Shown here one piece after another: positions 59,233 to 64,000 of a DNA stretch of 64,000 bases. The stretch spans positions 64,001 to 128,000 of the forward strand of contig JAWLHJ010000007.1 of the NCBI GenBank assembly GCA_041690395.1, in the 5' to 3' direction. Under the pieces are notes generated by a model that made no database searches, was not told where the DNA came from, and was given only the letters and a program-made list of their open reading frames with translations. The stretch's first letter is position 1. Each line of letters begins with the position of its first letter. This DNA is from Longimicrobiales bacterium. GTDB lineage: Bacteria; Gemmatimonadota; Gemmatimonadetes; Longimicrobiales; Gaopeijiaceae. The translations under genes and the position numbers were made by a program.

Positions 59233-59760
59233 CCGACGGGCCCGAGCGCGGCGTGATGGCGGTGATGCGTCCACACTCGGCCTTGGCCTAGCTTGGCGTC
59301 AGGGGGCGAGGCCAGCCTCAGCGGCCTCGCCCAGCCTTAGCCGTGGGGGCGGCACCACGACGTCGACATGCGCGGGGGTGGCGCGGGAGAGCGTGGGGGC
59401 CGTGCCGGGTGGCGTAAACTCGCACAACGGCACCCCCTAGGATGGTCGGTTGGCGACTTGACCGCCATATGTGGCGGGAAGGTGACTCCTCAGTGAACGG
59501 CGTCTGCGCGCCTGCGCGATTGGACGCCGCATATGGCGAAGAGCCGACATCGCCCCAAAGGGCCGCACACGAATGCAGGGTTTTCACCGCCGTGGAGGTG
59601 GAGGATGCCGGCGCGGTGGAGGGCGAGCCGGCGAGGCGAGCCAGCGCAGTGCTCCCCACTCCCGGTGCGGGCCGGGCGCCGGCAACGGTGGTGCCGCGAC
59701 GACGAAGCGTAGCAGCGCTACGGTGAGGTGTGGGCCGGCGCCATCCCTGCTCGCCGACCC

Positions 59761-62700
59761 TCAGCGCCCTCCCGGCCGCCGGTACCGCACCGGCGGCGCC
59801 GGCTCCACCTGCAGCAACTCCACGCCTTCCGTCTCCAGCAGCCGGAGTGCTTCCTCGACCGCCCGCTCGAGCTGCGGATCGCCCCCGGCGATGACCGGGG
59901 CCGGGTCGTTGCGGACCTCGATGTCCGGCGCGACGCCCGTCGCCTCCACGGCCCACTCTCCGTCCACGTCGATGAACCCGCCGCGAGGCGCCACGAACCC
60001 GCCGCCGTCGATGAGCGGCGGGGTGTCCCACGTGCCGACCAGGCCGCCCCAGGTGGTCGTGCCCACGAGCGGGCCCACGCCCTTGAACCGGAAGAGATAA
60101 GGCAGGAGATCGCCGCCCGACCCGGCGCGCTCGTTCATGACCATCACCTTCGGCCCCCACAGCCCGGCCATCGGCTGGGTCCAGGGCTTCCGGTCGCCGG
60201 CGCGCGAGTTGAAGTATCCGGTAAGCTCCCGCGCCATCACGTCGACGATGTAGTCCGCGGCCGAGCCGCCGCCGTTGTTCCGCTCGTCGATGACGGCGCC
60301 CTCGCGGTCCTGCTGCGCGAAGTACATGCGGTTGAAGTAGTCGTAGCCGCCCTGGCCGGTGTTCGGGAGCCACACGTAGGCCAGCCGACCGCCACTCATC
60401 TCGTCGACCCGGCGTTGGTTCTCGGCGACCCAGGCCCACCTGCGGATGCCCGACTCGCTCTCGACGGGCTCGACGTGGACCGTGCGCGCGTCGGCACCGC
60501 CGGGCGTCGACGCTACGGTCACCGTGATGGTCCGCCCCGCGGTCCCCTCGAGGAGACGGAACGGGTTCGCCGGCGCAGCGAGCGGCTGCCCGTCGATGGC
60601 GACGAGCCAATCTCCTTCGGCGACGCCGAGGCCCGGCAGCGACAGTGGTCCGTGCTCGCCGGGGGTCCAGTCCTCCCCGCTGTAGATGCGGGTGATGCGG
60701 TACGCTTCGTCCTCTTCCTCGAGGTCGATACCGAGGAGGCCCGTACGCGGGCTGTCGAGGTCGGGATAATCGCCCCCACGCACGTACGAGTGCCCAACGG
60801 CGATCTCACCCGACATCATGTCGAGGAGATGATTGAAGTCCGAGCGGTGCTCCACGTCCGGCAGCCAGGCCGAGTACCAGTCCCACACGTCGTCCCAGGG
60901 GGCGCCGTGTTGGTTGTCGACGTAGAGGAAGTCGCGCATGAAGCGCCAGCCGTCACGGAGCATCTGGGCCCACTCGGCCTCGGGCTCCACGAGCACGCGC
61001 ATATCGCCCAGCGCGAGCCCACCATCGTCGTCGGATGGCGCATCGTCGGTCTCCACGATGCGCCAGCTGCTTCCGCTCCTGAGCAGGATCCTCGAGCGGT
61101 CGTGCGACACGGCGGTGCGCACCACCTCGGTGGCGAACTCCTCGGCTTCCCGGTCTTCGAGCACGTACTTGTGGAGGGTCGCGCCGTCGTCGCCGGCTTC
61201 GAGCACGAAGACCGAGCCGGCCGGGCCGGGCTCGAGCCCCGTGTAGTCGCGGAGCGGGAGGCCGGGCGCGTCCACGATGCGGCGGGCGATGCCGTCGAAG
61301 TCGATGCGGACCGGGGGCGGCGGATCCTGACTCCCGGCCTGATCGGCGTCCGCACCTGCGCCCGAACCGGCGCCCCCGCCGCTCGCCTCATCGTCGCTGG
61401 CTCCGCCCCTTCCGCCCGCAGCACGCTCGGCACCCTCCTCGTCACTCGTGGGCAGGAACGGGGAAGGGGTGTCCTCCGCGAGGAGCGCGACGTACAGCGC
61501 CCGGGTCACGGGCCGGTCGTACGAGCTCATGTCGAGCCAGCCGGTATTCAGCCCGTAATCCGTCGACGCGAGGAAGTAGAGGTAGTCGCCGCTCTCGTCC
61601 CACACCGGGTCGATGGCGTCGGCCATACCGTCGGTGAGCTCGCGGGTCTCGCCGCTCTCAGTGTCGTGCACCACGATCATCCGGAGCTGGGTGTCGAGGC
61701 GCCGCGCGTACGCGATCCAGCGGGAGTCGGGCGACCAGACCGGATTCATCGTACGCTGCGGGTGCGCGTACCGGTCGGTGTCCACATGGGTGACGTCCCC
61801 CGACTCGGCGTCCAGCACGAGCACGCGGTAGTGCGTGTCGGTGAACGCCAGCTTCGAGCCGTCGGGCGACCACTCGGGCACGAAGTAGAACGACGGGTCG
61901 TCGATGGCGATGCGGTGCGCGTTGGCGCCGTCCTGGTCCGCGATGACGAGCCCGTACTCGCCGTCCTGGTCGTTGAACCAGGCGACACGGCTTCCGTCCG
62001 GCGACCAGACCGGGTGTCGGTCGGCCACGCCTGGCGAGCGCGTCAGGTTGCGCCACGACCCTTCCTCGGCGGGTACGCTGAAGATCTCACCCCGCCACTC
62101 GAAGAGCGCGCGGGCGCCGGTCGGGGAGAGGCGGGCGTCACGAAGCTGCGTCGGCGGGACGTCCTCCCACCGCGGCCGGGCCCAGTTCTGGTCGCGCGCG
62201 GCCCGGACCTCGAGCTGACGGCTCGCGCCCGTCGCCGGGTCCAGCTCGTGGAGATAACCGGCCTGCTCGTAGACCAGCACGCCGTCTCCCGCTCCGAGAC
62301 TCTTCACGTCGAAGTCCGCGTGGCGGGTGAGCTGCCGCTCCTGCCCGGTCGCCGGATCGAACTCCCAGACGTTGGCCGCCCAGTCCCGCTCCGACATGTA
62401 GTAGATCCTACCGTCCATCCATACGGGTGCGAGATGTCGCTCGCCCTCCCACGGCGCGGTGGTCCGCTCCCAGGTCGCCGTCGAGACGATGGCCGCCGGC
62501 TGCGCCTGGCCTCCTCGGTAGTTGCGCCACTCCGGGTCCCAGAGCCCGATCTCCTGGTACGTGATCCAGTCGCCGTCCTCGCTCATCTCGCCCTCGTACG
62601 CCTGGGGCAGGGCGAGCGGCTCGGGGAGTCCGCCGGTCACCGGGACCGTGTAGAAGCGCCAGAGCATGGTGGGCACGCCGTCGCGTCCGGACCGGAACAG

Positions 62701-63120
62701 GACCCGCCCGTCCGGCGTCCATCCCTGGACCGCGTCCTCGCCCGGATGCCAGGTGAGCCGCTCGGGCTGGCCGCCGGTGGCCGCCACGACGTAGACGTCG
62801 GCGTTCCCGCCGTACTCGCCCGTGAACGCGATCCACCGGCCGTCGGGGCTGAAGTGCGGATCGGTCTCGGCTCCCTCCGAGCTCGTGAGGCGGAGCGCGT
62901 CGCCGCCGTCCCGACCCACGGTCCAGACATCGTTGGCGTGGACGAACGCGATCCTCTCGGCGCTCACGTCGGGCTGGCGGAGGAAGCGGGTGCCCTGGGC
63001 GGCGACGTCGGCGGTCGTCAGCGCGGCGGCCGAGCCGGCGAGGACGAGTGTCGTGAACAGTCGGGCCAGGGTCGGCGTCGCGGCACGGGGCGTCGACGGG
63101 CTTCGGGGGGCGGCGGACAT
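59761..63120 (-). CDS. Tricorn-like S41 protease (beta-propellers, PDZ, S41)
   Basis: PD40 repeats FSPDGRWIAF, HSY, DERNNGGG, AGSGGD, GTTTWGG, GVAPDIEV. Confidence 0.95.
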   Translation of the reverse strand: MSAAPRSPSTPRAATPTLARLFTTLVLAGSAAALTTADVAAQGTRFLRQPDVSAERIAFVHANDVWTVGRDGGDALRLTSSEGAETDPHFSPDGRWIAFTGEYGGNADVYVVAATGGQPERLTWHPGEDAVQGWTPDGRVLFRSGRDGVPTMLWRFYTVPVTGGLPEPLALPQAYEGEMSEDGDWITYQEIGLWDPEWRNYRGGQAQPAAIVSTATWERTTAPWEGERHLAPVWMDGRIYYMSERDWAANVWEFDPATGQERQLTRHADFDVKSLGAGDGVLVYEQAGYLHELDPATGASRQLEVRAARDQNWARPRWEDVPPTQLRDARLSPTGARALFEWRGEIFSVPAEEGSWRNLTRSPGVADRHPVWSPDGSRVAWFNDQDGEYGLVIADQDGANAHRIAIDDPSFYFVPEWSPDGSKLAFTDTHYRVLVLDAESGDVTHVDTDRYAHPQRTMNPVWSPDSRWIAYARRLDTQLRMIVVHDTESGETRELTDGMADAIDPVWDESGDYLYFLASTDYGLNTGWLDMSSYDRPVTRALYVALLAEDTPSPFLPTSDEEGAERAAGGRGGASDDEASGGGAGSGAGADADQAGSQDPPPPVRIDFDGIARRIVDAPGLPLRDYTGLEPGPAGSVFVLEAGDDGATLHKYVLEDREAEEFATEVVRTAVSHDRSRILLRSGSSWRIVETDDAPSDDDGGLALGDMRVLVEPEAEWAQMLRDGWRFMRDFLYVDNQHGAPWDDVWDWYSAWLPDVEHRSDFNHLLDMMSGEIAVGHSYVRGGDYPDLDSPRTGLLGIDLEEEDEAYRITRIYSGEDWTPGEHGPLSLPGLGVAEGDWLVAIDGQPLAAPANPFRLLEGTAGRTITVTVASTPGGADARTVHVEPVESESGIRRWAWVAENQRRVDEMSGGRLAYVWLPNTGQGGYDYFNRMYFAQQDREGAVIDERNNGGGSAADYIVDVMARELTGYFNSRAGDRKPWTQPMAGLWGPKVMVMNERAGSGGDLLPYLFRFKGVGPLVGTTTWGGLVGTWDTPPLIDGGGFVAPRGGFIDVDGEWAVEATGVAPDIEVRNDPAPVIAGGDPQLERAVEEALRLLETEGVELLQVEPAPPVRYRRPGGR

Positions 63121-63178
63121 CGGAGGCACTCCTCGGGCGGGTAGGACCGAACCTCCGCCAGACTAAGGAGGCCGCGCG

Positions 63179-63742
63179 CTACTCGCCAGCGAACTTGGCG
63201 AGCATCCTCCGTAGGGTGTTCAGGTTGCGCATGGTGTTCGGCCCGTCGCCGAGGGCGCCGTTCAGCTCACTGAGCGTGATCGGAGCGTCGGACAGCCCGC
63301 CGCGCCGGAGCCAGATGGCCTCCGTGCCGTCGACCAGGAACCGGTCGTCGTCACCTTCGAGCGCGGCGAGGGCGTCGCGCGCACCCTCCGTGGGCGTCTC
63401 GCGCAGGAAGATCGCGTGAGCGTTGAAGCCTCGGTCCGCCGCGTCTGTGATCGACCGGAGCCCCGAGACCCGGGCCAGATCGCGGAACGCACGTACGAAG
63501 ACATGGGTGCTGAAGCCGAGCGCGTCCTCTAGATGCCGCTCGAGGAGGGGCTCGAGCGCTCGTGCGTCGGCGTCCGCGTGGTCGAACACGATGTTTCCGC
63601 TCGCGATGAACGTGGCCACGCCGTCCAGCCCGAAATCCTCGAAATGGCGCCGCAGCTCGTCCATCTTCAGCCGACGCTTCCCGAGGTTGATCCCGCTCAG
63701 GAACGCGGCGTGACGATGGGGGTGCGCGTCGTTGGTGGTCAT
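63179..63742 (-). CDS. DUF1697 family protein
   Basis: AFLSGINLG, TFIASGN, TMRNLNT. Confidence 0.88.
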   Translation of the reverse strand: MTTNDAHPHRHAAFLSGINLGKRRLKMDELRRHFEDFGLDGVATFIASGNIVFDHADADARALEPLLERHLEDALGFSTHVFVRAFRDLARVSGLRSITDAADRGFNAHAIFLRETPTEGARDALAALEGDDDRFLVDGTEAIWLRRGGLSDAPITLSELNGALGDGPNTMRNLNTLRRMLAKFAGE

Positions 63743-64000
63743 GCCCCCAAGAGGACGAGCAGCGCCGACACCGTCAACACTGCGAACACGGACGTCCAGA
63801 GCACCGTCCGCGCGGCCACCCGCGGAGCGGCCTGGTATCGCTCGGCGAACAGGTAGGTGTTCACCGCCGTGGGCATAGCGGCCAGCATGACGGCGACCGA
63901 CATCCAGAGACCGTCGAGTCCAAGGATCGGCACGGCCACGAGCCACACGAGCGCGGGGTGCACGACGAGCTTGAGGACGGTCAGCAGGAAGGCCGGCGCC
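63739..64000 (-). CDS. AEC family (auxin efflux/malonate) transporter, 5' truncated by window edge
   Basis: LKLVVHP, AAMPTAVNTYLFAERY. Confidence 0.85.
   Translation of the reverse strand, partial: APAFLLTVLKLVVHPALVWLVAVPILGLDGLWMSVAVMLAAMPTAVNTYLFAERYQAAPRVAARTVLWTSVFAVLTVSALLVLLGA

Noticed and set aside
59233..59760. RNase P, tmRNA, SRP or tRNA in the long gap
   Set aside because: Diagnostic conserved sequences (e.g. GAGGAAAGTCC, T-loop/CCA end) not found
59728..63144. 1138-aa plus-strand ORF, and similar long antisense ORFs (e.g. 449-2599, 12999-15023, 16231-18453)
   Set aside because: Shadow frames of well-supported genes in high-GC DNA; no recognisable motifs

Overview
A very GC-rich, gene-dense bacterial window with about 50 CDS. 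I saw no rRNA, tRNA, CRISPR array, integrase or transposase. The gene content suggests Gemmatimonadota, but that is an inference. In order it holds: the 3' half of a Tad/Flp pilus operon with accessory genes (1-8210); metabolic and housekeeping genes (acyl-CoA ligase, tandem amidohydrolases, fused 2-oxoacid dehydrogenase E1, ychF, ispG, mtgA); an ECF sigma/Ser-Thr kinase pair; a NatAB-like ABC exporter; a GluR0-like K+ channel; a small AT-richer two-gene patch bounded by a nested inverted duplication and an attC-like remnant; a TPR / 13-repeat giant lipoprotein / RCC1 surface operon; a BCCT transporter; two secreted creatininase-like proteins; and a tricorn protease. The most notable observation is that the BCCT transporter's BetT-type C-terminal osmoregulatory domain appears to be encoded as a separate, translationally coupled gene. 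It sits divergently from the two creatininase-family proteins, which have non-canonical metal ligands. All functional calls come from motif recognition by eye, not database searches.
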